Source: Microgenomates group bacterium
GTDB lineage: Bacteria > Patescibacteriota > Microgenomatia > PFEM01 > JBNASD01
NCBI GenBank assembly: GCA_049720225.1
Contig: JBNASD010000001.1
Coordinates: 164,733 to 228,732, forward strand
Direction: 5' to 3'
DNA: 64,000 nucleotides
Shown: positions 46,751 through 58,000 of the stretch, piece after piece
Numbering within the stretch: the first letter of the stretch is position 1
How the letters are laid out: each line of letters opens with the position of its first letter
Translations under genes and position numbers: made by a program
Notes under the pieces: generated by a model
Told to the model about the DNA's origin: nothing
What the model saw: only the letters and a program-made list of their open reading frames with translations
Database searches by the model: none

Positions 46751-48198
46751 TTCAAAGAAGGACAATTTATTAAATCGATTATTACCCAATTAGAATCTTT
46801 TTCTAAAACCGGACAGGTTTCTATTAAACTTAAAGTAACTTCATCAAAATTTACCGCTACATAATGAGTAGCACCCTTTTTTATCAAATTAGAAATTGAT
46901 TCAGAAACTATCGGCCATCCTTTCCGATTAATTTGGTATAAAAAGGCGGTATCCCCATTATAAGGCGCAATTACCCTTGCGTTAGGAGGAAGAATTTCAT
47001 TCGCTTTCTTTCCCACCTCAATTATTTCCGGATGATTTATCTGATAAAAACCACGAATCTCATACCACGAAAAACCTAAAGAAAAAATTAAAAACACAAT
47101 TGCTAATCCCCAAGACAAAATCCAATAAAAATTTTTTGAATAATTACTAATTAAAAAATAAAAACCTTTGGCTAAAAAAACAGCCACTACAGGAAGAATA
47201 ACAATTTGATAATAATCATGCTGAATATTTCCTCGAGCAAAGACAGAAAAATAAGTAAAAATTCCCATTAACCAACTATAAAAAAGAATTTCTTTTGTAA
47301 ATTTTTTAAATCTCCAAATTATTCCTAATCCCAAAAAAACCGTTCCCCAATATCCCAAAATCAATTTTCCCAATCTTTCGGCAAAAAGCCAACGCCACCA
47401 CGCCGGTTTAAATCTAATTCCTTCTAAATTAAAAAGCCACTGATTAGCAGGAATTCCCTCGGGAAATTTTTGCATCCAAATACGCCATAACCCAAAAGGA
47501 AGTAATGAAAGAGAGGCATAAATTATTAAAAAAGGAAAATATTTTTTTCCAAAAATCACCAACCAACTAGGAAGAAGAAGAAACAAAATATAAGGTTTTG
47601 TCAAAATTGCCAATATACTCATAAATAAACTTATCAAAAAGTAGAATATTTTCTTTTTATCCTCCGAATCTACTTCTTTCCACTTTAAAAGAAAATAAAT
47701 ACTCCCCAAACCAAACATTATCATTGTTGGTTCAGGTAGGATTACTCGTGAATAAAAAATATTGAAAGGAAGAAACATAAAAAATCCAAAGGCAATTAAA
47801 GCTATCCAATCATTTAAAATTTTTTTAGTAATTAAATAAAGAAAAATTCCTCCAATCAACGAAGAAAAAATTGTTACCAGTCTCCCGGCTCCTTCAAATG
47901 AAATTAAATCTTTTTTAAACCAACCAAAAAATTCAAATAAAATGGCATGAAAAGCATTATAAAGAGGAAACTCAACAAATCGCCAACCAAAAGGATTATC
48001 TTTTCCCGAAGCAACATTAGATAAATCATCAAAACGAGGATGAAGTAAATCAATCCCCTCTTTAACAAAATTTCTAGCTACCGCCGCGGTATCTGCTTGT
48101 CGCCATGAATGCCAATCTGCTAAAGGAGAATTAATTTTATATAATCTCACCAGTAAACCAAAAAGAAGCAAAAAATATAAAACAATTTTTTTAAGCAT
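46747..48198 (-). CDS. GT-C fold glycosyltransferase (ArnT/PMT/GT39-like)
   Basis: WRQADTAAVARNF, EFPLY, YSRVILPE, HDYYQ; multi-TM. Confidence 0.8.
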   Translation of the reverse strand: MLKKIVLYFLLLFGLLVRLYKINSPLADWHSWRQADTAAVARNFVKEGIDLLHPRFDDLSNVASGKDNPFGWRFVEFPLYNAFHAILFEFFGWFKKDLISFEGAGRLVTIFSSLIGGIFLYLITKKILNDWIALIAFGFFMFLPFNIFYSRVILPEPTMIMFGLGSIYFLLKWKEVDSEDKKKIFYFLISLFMSILAILTKPYILFLLLPSWLVIFGKKYFPFLIIYASLSLLPFGLWRIWMQKFPEGIPANQWLFNLEGIRFKPAWWRWLFAERLGKLILGYWGTVFLGLGIIWRFKKFTKEILFYSWLMGIFTYFSVFARGNIQHDYYQIVILPVVAVFLAKGFYFLISNYSKNFYWILSWGLAIVFLIFSLGFSWYEIRGFYQINHPEIIEVGKKANEILPPNARVIAPYNGDTAFLYQINRKGWPIVSESISNLIKKGATHYVAVNFDEVTLSLIETCPVLEKDSNWVIIDLINCPSLK

Positions 48199-48210
48199 AT
48201 TTAAAAAATT

Positions 48211-49242
48211 TTAACATTTTATTGCTTCTTCATAAACTTTTAAAGTTTCTTGAGCGGTTTTTTCCCAACTAAATCTTTTAACATTTTCTAAACCCTTTTT
48301 TATTAGTTCTTCTTTAAATTTTTTATTCTCAACTAATTTTTTTATTCCTCTTTTAATATCCCCAATCAAAAAAGGATTTACCAAAATCGCTCCCTCTCCT
48401 GCCACCTCAGGCATGCTGGAAATATTAGAAGTAATTACTGGACAACCACAGGCTTGTGCTTCTAAAATCGGCAAACCAAAACCTTCATAAGTTGAGGCAT
48501 AAATTAATCCTAAAGCTCCCTTATATAAAAACGGTAAATCTTGCTCCTCTACATATGGTTGACCAATCACAAAAAGATTAAAACCTTTTACTGCTTTTTT
48601 AATTCTTTCAAGATTTTTTCTTTTTGGTCCGGCAAAAGCTAAAAAATATTCTCCTTTAATTTTATATTTCTTCTTAATTTCCTCAATTTTGAATTTTGAA
48701 CTTTGAATTTTGAACTTTTTTAGATCTACCCCTTCATATATCACTCTTATTCTTTCATTCGGAATTCCTAAAATTTTAACAATATCTCTTTTGGTTGAGT
48801 GAGAAACAGCAATTATTAATTTACTTTCTTTTTTCACCCATTCTAATTTTCTTTGATGAACCGCTCTAATTTTTGGATGAACATCCTCGGGGTATATGAA
48901 AGGAGTTAAATCATGAATGGTGGTTACTTTAAAACATCTTGCTGGTGGTTCAAGCCAATCTGAAGTATGAAAAACATCTACCTTACCAATTAAACTTTCT
49001 ATTGGCAAAATATGAAGTTTATTCCATAAAAAGTCTAATATTGTCGGAGGAAATTTAAAATTTCTTATTTGAAAATTAGAAAATTGGAGTTTTAAAGTTG
49101 GAATTTTTTTTCTAAAAGAGGAAAAGAAAAAAATATATTCATTCTTTTTGTCTATCTTTAAAAGATTCTCTACCAAATTTTTAGTATAAACACTTACCCC
49201 CCCACCATAAACAATTTGCGAAATATCAATTCCGATTTTCAT
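48211..49242 (-). CDS. Glycosyltransferase family 4
   Basis: TIHDL, RKN, YEGFGLPILEAQACG. Confidence 0.9.
   Translation of the reverse strand: MKIGIDISQIVYGGGVSVYTKNLVENLLKIDKKNEYIFFFSSFRKKIPTLKLQFSNFQIRNFKFPPTILDFLWNKLHILPIESLIGKVDVFHTSDWLEPPARCFKVTTIHDLTPFIYPEDVHPKIRAVHQRKLEWVKKESKLIIAVSHSTKRDIVKILGIPNERIRVIYEGVDLKKFKIQSSKFKIEEIKKKYKIKGEYFLAFAGPKRKNLERIKKAVKGFNLFVIGQPYVEEQDLPFLYKGALGLIYASTYEGFGLPILEAQACGCPVITSNISSMPEVAGEGAILVNPFLIGDIKRGIKKLVENKKFKEELIKKGLENVKRFSWEKTAQETLKVYEEAIKC
48686..48720. repeat. Heptamer tandem repeat, in frame
   Basis: attttga attttga actttga attttga (encodes KFKIQSSKFKI). Confidence 0.8.
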
Positions 49243-50680
49243 AAACCAAAAGAGGTATTTGATTAAAACTAACTTCTTTAATTTTAACAAATCCTTCTTC
49301 TTCTAACCACCTGAGAATTTTTCTTTCCCTGTCGTAAACATCTGTTAAATAAGGAGTATAGGCTATTTTTTGTTTACTAATTTGACCAATCATCCCAATT
49401 AAACCAATTTTATCTTCTTCTTTTATTTCTCTTGCTTCCTCTACTACTCCTATTACCTGCTTTTCTACACCATAATACACTAAAGGCCAATTAAAAGCAG
49501 ATGAAGAAATTACTATTGGGATTTTTTCTTTTTTTAAGTATTCTGCCACTCCTCGCCAATCTTCTCGCCAAAAATAGGAATTAGTCCAATAAGTGAAAAC
49601 CGCTAACACATTAATTCCCAAAATCAATCCAATTATCCCCAATTTTAATTTTTTATTTTTAATCGCTAGAATTCCCTTACTTAAAATCAACAAAAAAGCG
49701 GGTAAAACCAAAATTAACCGAAAGGGTTGATAATTTGGTATTTTTAAAGAAAATAGCCACGCAACCAAAACTGGCAATAAAAACCAAATTAAAATTAATT
49801 TATATTTGTCACTTTTATAATTTTTATAAATTCCCCAACTTTCTATTCCCCCAACCAATCCTAACAATCCTAAAATTACTAAGGCATAAATTTTTTTATT
49901 AAAAATTGTGATTCTTCCCAAGGTAAACTTCACAAAAGTCAAAGGTAAAGCTTTCCAAAAATTTAAATTAACTACTGCCTTCCATTCTGGCAAATTTTGA
50001 GTTCCCGCTAATCCTTCCTTAACCTGCTGAACTATTACTGAAACCCAAGGAAGATAGAAAATAAAAATTCCTAAATAAATAGGTAAAAATTGGCTTAAAT
50101 AATTTTTTAAATTTTTCCGAAAAATAATTAATCCTCCCAAAAATTGACTCAAAATTAATAAAAATCCATAATAATCCGTATAGATTAAAAGAAGGGTGAA
50201 AATTAAATAAAAAATTTGAAATCTAAACTGAAGTTTTGCGTTTTGCGTTTTGCGCTTTGCGTTTTTTAAAATTTTTATCCACCAATACATTGAAAAAGTA
50301 GCCAAAAAACAAGCCATCGCATACATTCTTGCTTCTTGAGAGTAATAAATATGAAATTGAGATGTAGCTAAAAATAAAGCAGAAATTAAACCCCAATTTT
50401 TCCCACCAATTTTGTAAATTAAATAAATTGTTCCTATACCAAATAAAACCGAAGGTATTCGTATACTCATCTCCGACCAACCAAAAATCTTTCCCCAAAA
50501 ATGAAGCAATAAATAATATGCCGGAGGATGAAAATCACCTTTACTAAAATTACTAATTATTTCTCTTAACATTAAATCTCGAGCTACTAACGCGCTAATT
50601 GCTTCATCTAACCATAAGGATTGATTTAAATTTATTAATCGAAAAATTAAAGAAAAGCAAAGAATTAAAAAAATCCACAT
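49226..50680 (-). CDS. GT-C fold glycosyltransferase (PMT/GT39-like)
   Basis: QSLWLDEA, DFHPPAYY, YSQEARMYA, REDWR. Confidence 0.85.
   Translation of the reverse strand: MWIFLILCFSLIFRLINLNQSLWLDEAISALVARDLMLREIISNFSKGDFHPPAYYLLLHFWGKIFGWSEMSIRIPSVLFGIGTIYLIYKIGGKNWGLISALFLATSQFHIYYSQEARMYAMACFLATFSMYWWIKILKNAKRKTQNAKLQFRFQIFYLIFTLLLIYTDYYGFLLILSQFLGGLIIFRKNLKNYLSQFLPIYLGIFIFYLPWVSVIVQQVKEGLAGTQNLPEWKAVVNLNFWKALPLTFVKFTLGRITIFNKKIYALVILGLLGLVGGIESWGIYKNYKSDKYKLILIWFLLPVLVAWLFSLKIPNYQPFRLILVLPAFLLILSKGILAIKNKKLKLGIIGLILGINVLAVFTYWTNSYFWREDWRGVAEYLKKEKIPIVISSSAFNWPLVYYGVEKQVIGVVEEAREIKEEDKIGLIGMIGQISKQKIAYTPYLTDVYDRERKILRWLEEEGFVKIKEVSFNQIPLLVYENRN
50233..50267. repeat. Heptamer tandem repeat, in frame
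   Basis: gttttgc x3, gctttgc (encodes NAKRKTQNAK). Confidence 0.85.
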
Positions 50681-50686
50681 AAATAA

Positions 50687-51889
50687 TTACTTTTTTAAAA
50701 TTTCTTGAAAAAGCTTATAATAAGTATTCATAATTAAAGGGAGTCTATATCTACTTTCGATTTCTAATCTTGCTTTTTCTCCTATTTTTTCTCTTAATTG
50801 AGAATTGTTAATTAAAAAAGATAAAGCGGAAAATAGCGATTTAACACTTCCCGTTTTAACTAACCAACCTGTTTTTTTATGTTTAATTACTTCATTAATT
50901 CCCCCCACATTACTTCCAATTACCGCCAATCCACAACTCATTGCCTCTAATAAAGAAAATGGTGTTCCTTCGGGAAAAATTGAGGGATAAACAAAAACAT
51001 CAGAGGCTTTTAACCAATCTACTATTTCTTCCCTTCTTTTTTCTCCTAGAAAAAAAATATTTTTTTCTGATTTTTTACTCTTTTCCTTTAATATTTCTTC
51101 TACTGAATCAGGTTGATTTTTTCCCGAACCTATTAATAACAACAAAGCGTTTCTATTTTTCCTTCCCAATTTATTCCATACTTCAATAAGATTAATTAAC
51201 CCTTTCCTTTTTACTAATCTCCCACAATAAGTAACAATTATTTTTTTAAGCGGTAATCCTAATTTTTTTCTCAATTTTAATTTTTTTTCTTTTTTAAGAG
51301 GGAAAAATAGTTTATCTTCTATTCCATCAGGAATAATTTTTATTTTTTTAGAAGAAACGCCAAAAATTAGAAGTTCTTTTTTAATTTGTTTTGTTTGGGC
51401 GATGAAAAAATCCGCTTTCCTAACTATTTTTAATCTTAATTTAATTAAAGGATGAACAAATTTTTTTGGCGATAATGAATAAGGTCCGCTAAAAAAAAGT
51501 TCGCCGGGAGTGGCTACCCGACTAATCACTTTTTTTCCTAACAATTTTCCTACCAAAATAGCGGTTGATCCAAATATATTAGCTAATCCTCCATTTACAT
51601 AAACTAAATCAAAGTCATTTCTTTTTTTAAACATAAAAATAAAAAGACTTAATCCGCTAAAATAATCTTTTAATCTACCTTCTCCTGGTAATCCCAACCG
51701 AAAAACTTTAAAACCCTCTTTAAAATTTTCTTCTTTTAAAAAGCTTTTCTCCCATCTTTTGGTGGCTATATTGACTTTTATTTTTTTTCTAGATAAATAT
51801 TCAGCCAATTGCCAACACTGAGTTTCTGACCCTCCTTTTAAAGGAAAAAATCTTTCGATTACCATTAAAACGGAAAAATTTTGTTTCAT
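50687..51889 (-). CDS. Glycosyltransferase family 4
   Basis: GGSE, GRLVKRKG, EGTPFSLLEAMSCG. Confidence 0.9.
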   Translation of the reverse strand: MKQNFSVLMVIERFFPLKGGSETQCWQLAEYLSRKKIKVNIATKRWEKSFLKEENFKEGFKVFRLGLPGEGRLKDYFSGLSLFIFMFKKRNDFDLVYVNGGLANIFGSTAILVGKLLGKKVISRVATPGELFFSGPYSLSPKKFVHPLIKLRLKIVRKADFFIAQTKQIKKELLIFGVSSKKIKIIPDGIEDKLFFPLKKEKKLKLRKKLGLPLKKIIVTYCGRLVKRKGLINLIEVWNKLGRKNRNALLLLIGSGKNQPDSVEEILKEKSKKSEKNIFFLGEKRREEIVDWLKASDVFVYPSIFPEGTPFSLLEAMSCGLAVIGSNVGGINEVIKHKKTGWLVKTGSVKSLFSALSFLINNSQLREKIGEKARLEIESRYRLPLIMNTYYKLFQEILKK

Positions 51890-53418
51890 TTAAATCCCCA
51901 TGAATAAAGCTCGATTGGCCATTTATTCCAATCTAAAGAAAACCAAGCAACTTCTTCTTTTTTTTCAAAATCTAAGTTTTTTCTTACATAGTCCACTAAA
52001 CCGGCTGGATAAAAACGAAAATTATGTTCTATAATTACTACAAAACCCTGAGGATATCTTCTTAATAATTCCTTGAATTCATCTAAATTATGGATAAAAA
52101 TACCGCCGCTATTTTCATTTATTTTCTTTTCTAAAGAAACATCGTTTCTAGGAATAAACAAATTTTTTCCTTCTCCCAAATACCAAGCAGGTATGTCATG
52201 GCTAATATCTACCAACGCTACTTCATTTATTTTCTCTCCGCTTTTTTCTTTTATTAATTTATAAATTCCTTTGTAATCTATTTCAGGAATTTCTCGCATA
52301 TCAAAATTAAGAGTGTAAAAAGATTTAGGCTTTAAAGAAAATTTGTTACCGTTAATCACTATAAATAAAATTAAAAAAATAAAAAGAACTTCTGCGGTTT
52401 TTTGTTTTTTACCTATGATTCTACTTATTTCCCATAAAGTAAATGAGGTAAGAATAAAAAAAATAGGAAACAAATTTAAAGCGTATTTTTCAAATGATAC
52501 TCCTATTAAAAAGGAAATACTAAATAAATATATAATTATAAACACCAACAAAAAATGAAATAGTTTTTTTTCATTTTTAAACCACAAAATTATTAAACCT
52601 AATAAACTTAAAAAACTAATAAGACTATATTGACGCCAAAATAAAGAATGATAATAAAAAAGAAAATTTTTATTTATATTCAAATTTAAAATTTTATCCC
52701 GAAAAACAACTTTAAAAACAGGAAAAAAATTTGTTCCAAAAAATAATAACAATATAACCCCTAATAACAGTAAAATAAAAAATTTATTTTTAATCAAAAA
52801 AGATAAAATATCTTTTCGAAAAAGAATATATATAAATCCAAAAAGAAAAATAATTAATCCTAATGTATGAACCCAAACAGAAATAAAAGCAAAAATTAAA
52901 AATAAGAATAAATTGAGTTTTCTTTTTTCTTTAACAAAAAGATAAAAATTCAATAACGCAAGAAGATAAAAAACTTCCAAAATTACATATCCCCTCGCTT
53001 GTCTTGACCAGGCAATTTGAATATAAGAAAATGTAGTTAAAGTTGCCCCTCCTAAACCAACTAATTTATTAAAAACTTTTTCTCCAAAAATATAAGTTAT
53101 TAAAATTAAAATACTTCCAAAAATTATTTCAGGAAGTCTTCCTGAAAATTCATTTACACCGAAAATTAAAAAACTTAAAGCAGTAAGATAGTGGGTAATA
53201 AAATAAGAATTTTCTTTATAGCCGGTATAAGGAATTTGGGGAAAACCAGTTTCTAAAATACCTCGAGCAAATCGAGCGGTTGATGCTTCATCAGTCCAAA
53301 AAGAATAATTTTTAGATAATCCATTTATTCTTAATAAAAAGCCAATTATTAATAAACAAAAAATTAAGATTTCGATTATATTTTTTCTTAAAAAATTTCT
53401 CATTTTTTCAAATATCAT
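51886..53418 (-). CDS. GT-C fold glycosyltransferase (PMT/GT39-like)
   Basis: SFWTDEA, EFSGRLP, WSRQARGY; multi-TM. Confidence 0.82.
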   Translation of the reverse strand: MIFEKMRNFLRKNIIEILIFCLLIIGFLLRINGLSKNYSFWTDEASTARFARGILETGFPQIPYTGYKENSYFITHYLTALSFLIFGVNEFSGRLPEIIFGSILILITYIFGEKVFNKLVGLGGATLTTFSYIQIAWSRQARGYVILEVFYLLALLNFYLFVKEKRKLNLFLFLIFAFISVWVHTLGLIIFLFGFIYILFRKDILSFLIKNKFFILLLLGVILLLFFGTNFFPVFKVVFRDKILNLNINKNFLFYYHSLFWRQYSLISFLSLLGLIILWFKNEKKLFHFLLVFIIIYLFSISFLIGVSFEKYALNLFPIFFILTSFTLWEISRIIGKKQKTAEVLFIFLILFIVINGNKFSLKPKSFYTLNFDMREIPEIDYKGIYKLIKEKSGEKINEVALVDISHDIPAWYLGEGKNLFIPRNDVSLEKKINENSGGIFIHNLDEFKELLRRYPQGFVVIIEHNFRFYPAGLVDYVRKNLDFEKKEEVAWFSLDWNKWPIELYSWGFK

Positions 53419-54659
53419 GATTTAGCTTTTAAAATTTTAAATACAAACCAATTATTAACCAGCAAACCATAAAATTCACTTATCCCTAAAGATAAAACCG
53501 CCCCCATTAACCCTAACCGAGGGATAAAATAAAGACAAAGTAAAAAATGCAAAATTAATTTTCCACCTAACCACCAAACAAATTTTTTAATTTCCGCGGT
53601 GTTTTGAATAATATTCCCTGGCAAACTATTTAAGAAAAAAAGTCCGGCTACTATTCCTAAAAATTTCATTACTTTTTCCCCTTCTAAATATGAAGAACCG
53701 TAAGAAAATTTAATAATTAATGAAGAAAAAAACCAAAAAATTAAACCATAAATTAAAGAAAAAACAAAAATTAATGATAAAGATTTAAGATAGTTTTCTT
53801 TCAATTTAATTTTATGGTGAACTTTATTTGCTTTTAAAAGCCGAGCAGTTTGAGGAAATAATGCTAAGGCAAAACTTTGAGGAAGAAGCAAACTAGCTTC
53901 TAAAAACTTAAAACTTGAAGAATAAATCCCTGTCCAGTATGCTCCTTTAAACCAATTAATCATTACTACTCCCATTCTTAGATAAAAAACAGCAATAATC
54001 GTTATTGAAGCAAAAACTACTGATTCCTTAATAATTTTTCTCCAAAAGACAAAATCTTTATCAATTTTAAATTTCAAGCCAATTTTCTTTGCTAAGTTAT
54101 ACATAATTAAAGAAACAATTAAGTTTCCTAAAAAAGCCGAAAACAAAACCAAAGTAACATTTCCTTTAAACCCAGCAGTCACTCCTCCTAAAAAAGCCAC
54201 CAAACTACTCATTAAAACAATCGCAAGTGCTTGAATTTCCATTCTTTCAAAAGCATTGGCAATTCCTGCTACCAATTGATTAAAAGTCCACGGCAATAAA
54301 CATAAGGAAAAAATAAAGACATTTAACCTATCAAAATTATTTTTAGAAAGAAAAAACCCTAATAAACTTACCAAAATAATAGAAATAATCGCCAAAACAA
54401 CTCTTAGGGGAATAATTTTTTGAAAATATTCCTGGGCTTTAGAAGTATCTTTTGATAAATCGCGTAAAATCAATCTTTCTACCCCAAAGTCTGCTACTGG
54501 ATAAAAATTATAAACCAAAGCAATCGCAAAATTATAATGACCAAAATTTTCTACTCCAAGAACCCTTCCTAAAAAAATAAAATAAAAAAACCCAATTACT
54601 CTTGCTAAAAAATTGGCGGAACCTAAAAAGAAGGTATTTTTAATTATTTTTCTTTCCAT
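53415..54659 (-). CDS. wzx: Wzx-type flippase
   Basis: RVLGVENFG, DFGV, GIYSSS; multi-TM. Confidence 0.85.
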   Translation of the reverse strand: MERKIIKNTFFLGSANFLARVIGFFYFIFLGRVLGVENFGHYNFAIALVYNFYPVADFGVERLILRDLSKDTSKAQEYFQKIIPLRVVLAIISIILVSLLGFFLSKNNFDRLNVFIFSLCLLPWTFNQLVAGIANAFERMEIQALAIVLMSSLVAFLGGVTAGFKGNVTLVLFSAFLGNLIVSLIMYNLAKKIGLKFKIDKDFVFWRKIIKESVVFASITIIAVFYLRMGVVMINWFKGAYWTGIYSSSFKFLEASLLLPQSFALALFPQTARLLKANKVHHKIKLKENYLKSLSLIFVFSLIYGLIFWFFSSLIIKFSYGSSYLEGEKVMKFLGIVAGLFFLNSLPGNIIQNTAEIKKFVWWLGGKLILHFLLCLYFIPRLGLMGAVLSLGISEFYGLLVNNWFVFKILKAKS

Positions 54660-54664
54660 CCTTT

Positions 54665-55000
54665 TTATTTTACTTTTTCTTCTCTTAAAACTTCAAACAT
54701 CATTTGAATTACTCCTATTACCAAAAACACATATACCCAAATCGCTGATTTTTCCGCTAAAAAATCTTTTTTTAAAATCAATAAAATTGGACATAAAATC
54801 AATAATCCCAAAGCTACTTTTACCGAATCTCTTCCCTCAAATTTATAAAGTTTTATTGTTAAAATCCATAACCCCGCTAAAAATAAAATAACCAAATCAG
54901 AAATAAATTTAACCAAAAAAATATCAAATAAAATACCAAAAATAGTAAAAATTAAAATAACCAACTGATACTTTTTAATAAATTTTTTAATTTTTTTCAT
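54665..55000 (-). CDS. Small membrane protein
   Basis: About four hydrophobic segments; overlaps the end of the large GT-C gene. Confidence 0.7.
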   Translation of the reverse strand: MKKIKKFIKKYQLVILIFTIFGILFDIFLVKFISDLVILFLAGLWILTIKLYKFEGRDSVKVALGLLILCPILLILKKDFLAEKSAIWVYVFLVIGVIQMMFEVLREEKVK

Positions 55001-58000
55001 TTTTATTTTTTAAATTCGAAATAAAATCATATCCTAAATAACTCAGGCATCCAGCGAAAGTTAGTAAAGATATTCCCAAACCTATGTAAAAAAATCGTTG
55101 AGGCCAAAATTCAACAATTAGCTCATAATTTTCTGCTCCTCCTACATCCTCGGGAGTTATATACCACGAATTAGCGTAACCATTTACCAAATAATGTCTC
55201 TCTTCGGCAATCGATTTTTTTCCCCAAGTTTCAAAAGCGGCTGGTTCCAAAAAAGTCATTCGATGGGTTCCCTCTTTAATTTCTCCATCAAAATAACTCG
55301 CCACTTCTTCTCCATATCCCCGATTATCTAAAAACAAATCAGTAACTTTCTCTCCTATTTTTCCAATCATCCCTACAACCACATCTCTTAAGTCTTTAAA
55401 TTTTAAGTTTTGCGCTTTGCCTTTTGCGCTTTGCGCCTCTTTAAGATATATTTTCCATCCTTCATGAAAACTTTCAGAAAAAACTAAGGTATAAGGAGTT
55501 TTGGCTTCTTCTATCTTTATTTTGTACTTTGTCGGATTAACTTTTATAAAAGTAATCTTGGGAATTTGGAATTCGGAGTTTGGAATTTGAAGTCTTTTTC
55601 TTAATATTACTTTTGGTTCCCTTACTTTTTTAATCTGTAAATTTCTAAATTCTACCCTAGCAATTTTGCCTGTTTCTGGTTCGGAATAAAAATAAATTTC
55701 TGCTCCTACCGCTTCGTTATCCGCCTGAAAAACTCTCTCAAATTTTTGCCAATCATTTTCTTCTGAAAATTCCCCGCTGGTTAATTTCTTTTCAAAAATT
55801 TTTTCTTTTCTAATTCTTTCTTTTTCTTCTTCGTATATTCTTTTCTCTTCTACTATTCCTAATCCTAATCTTCCCCCTTCAGTTTTATATTCAAAACTTA
55901 AATAATAGAATTCTCCTGATTGCCAATCATTAATTGGCTGAAAAACTAAATCTTTTGCCTCTGGAAAAAATCCTTGTTTCTCAAAAAATACTCCTTCTTC
56001 TTTTGTTTCTACATCTTTCAATTTTTGCCAATCTTTTCCTACTAAATTAATTCCTTCTAGTAAATATAGTTTTAATTTATGCTCTCCTTCTTCTAACTTT
56101 ATTTTTCCCAATTCTATCCACTCTTCATTTATTTGGAAATTTTCTATTTCTATTTTTTCTCCATCTATTTCTATTTCTCCAATACCAAAATTTTCTAAAC
56201 CCTTATTTTCTTCTTTATTTGGAACTTGGATTTTGGAGTTTGGAATTTCTAAATATAGCGTATATTCTCCTTCCTTTGGTATTTCTAAGACATAATCTAA
56301 TTCATTTAAATCAAATTTTCCTTCAAATTTAGCTATTTTTTTATCTATTTCCTCAAAAGTTTCTTTCCAATTTTTAAACGTTTCAATTTTTAAATCTTTT
56401 AGTTTTTTTATCTCCTCCTGATGTCTTTCAAAATAAGCCCTCAATTTTATTATTTGCTCTTTCTTAATTTCTTGGCTTTCTAATTTTTCAACTTCTTCTC
56501 TTGTCTCCTCAAATTTTTTCTTCCATTCCTCAATTATTAACAAATTATCTATGTCATCTGTAAATTTAACCAACTCTGAGATTCTTTTTCCAGCAAAAAA
56601 TAATTTTTTATCAATTAATTTTTCAGAATTTTTTCTTACTTTCCATTCTTCATAATTTTCTTTTATTTTTGCTAGTTTCCATCCCAAACTATTTGGTTTG
56701 TGTCTTACATAAGGAAAAGACACCTTACTTTTAAAATTCTCCAATTTCTCCCAATAATCTTTATCTATTCCATTTTTCAATTCTCCTACTATTAAAATCT
56801 CATTTGCTTTTTCTAAAATTTCTCCATTCTCTAGTTTTGAGTTTTGAGTTTTGAGTTTTGAGTTTTCTAAGTATATTCCCAACCTTAATTCATCATCACT
56901 TAATTCAATAATTTCTTTTAGATTATCTGTTTTTCCATTAGAGTAGATAATGCGTTTAGAAATGTAAAAGTGTGGTAGAAAGTTTTTATCTTCAGTTTTA
57001 TAAATAGCTACTCTATCAAAATTCCTCTCTAAAATAAAAAATTTATCAATAAATGGTTTTATAAAGTAAGCAGGTCTAATATTTAAGTAAACTTTATTAG
57101 TTGACTCTTCTCTTAAAAATATATATTTAGTATTTAAAAATCCAGAAAATCTTTTCAAAAATAAAGCGAAGCTCTCTGGATTATCTAAATAAAAATAATA
57201 TAAACTGCTATTTATTTCTCTATAATTATCAAAATTAAATTTATCTAAATAATATATTGGCAAAGAAATTAATCTAGCCAAAGGATCAGCTCCTCCGTAA
57301 AGTCCACTTTCTAAATTAAGTATAATTATCCCCGGAACCTCAACAGCATTATCCGGAAGACTTAAAATTTTAAAGTTAATTTTTTGTTTTTCTAAAAAAC
57401 TTCTTATTTCTTCATAATAATTAGGAATTTTAAATCTAAATCCAGGTAAATTTTTAGTCTCTTCTCTCCATACATCACCCGTCCAGAAAGGCCATCCATA
57501 TAGATTAACTAAAAAAAAAGAGAAAAAAATAAAAATATGTTTAATATACCTTCTTTTTATCAAAAAAAGAATTAATGTTAAACTGTAACTAATCAAAATA
57601 CTATTACTTATACATATAAGAGGACCAAATTTTTCATATGCCATTCTAAACCCTTTAAAGATTAAAAATTTATTCAATAACCATTGATTTACTTGGTCAA
57701 ATGGCTCATGAATTCCCTTGCTTAGAAATATTCCTATTAAGAATACTACCCAAAAAAATAGTGTAAAATACTTAGTTTCTCTATTTTGTTTTTTTAAAAA
57801 AATTAAATTTAGAAATATTAAAAATAAAATTATAAAACTAACAAGGATAAACAACCATTTGTTATAAATAGGAGAATAAGGATAGTAAAAATCCTCTCGA
57901 TATTTTCCCCAAAACCCCCAATCTCCAAGATTACGAAATAAATTTAAAATACTTGAAAAACTACTTGATGTTACTTCTTGTTTAAATAGAACAGTTGACT

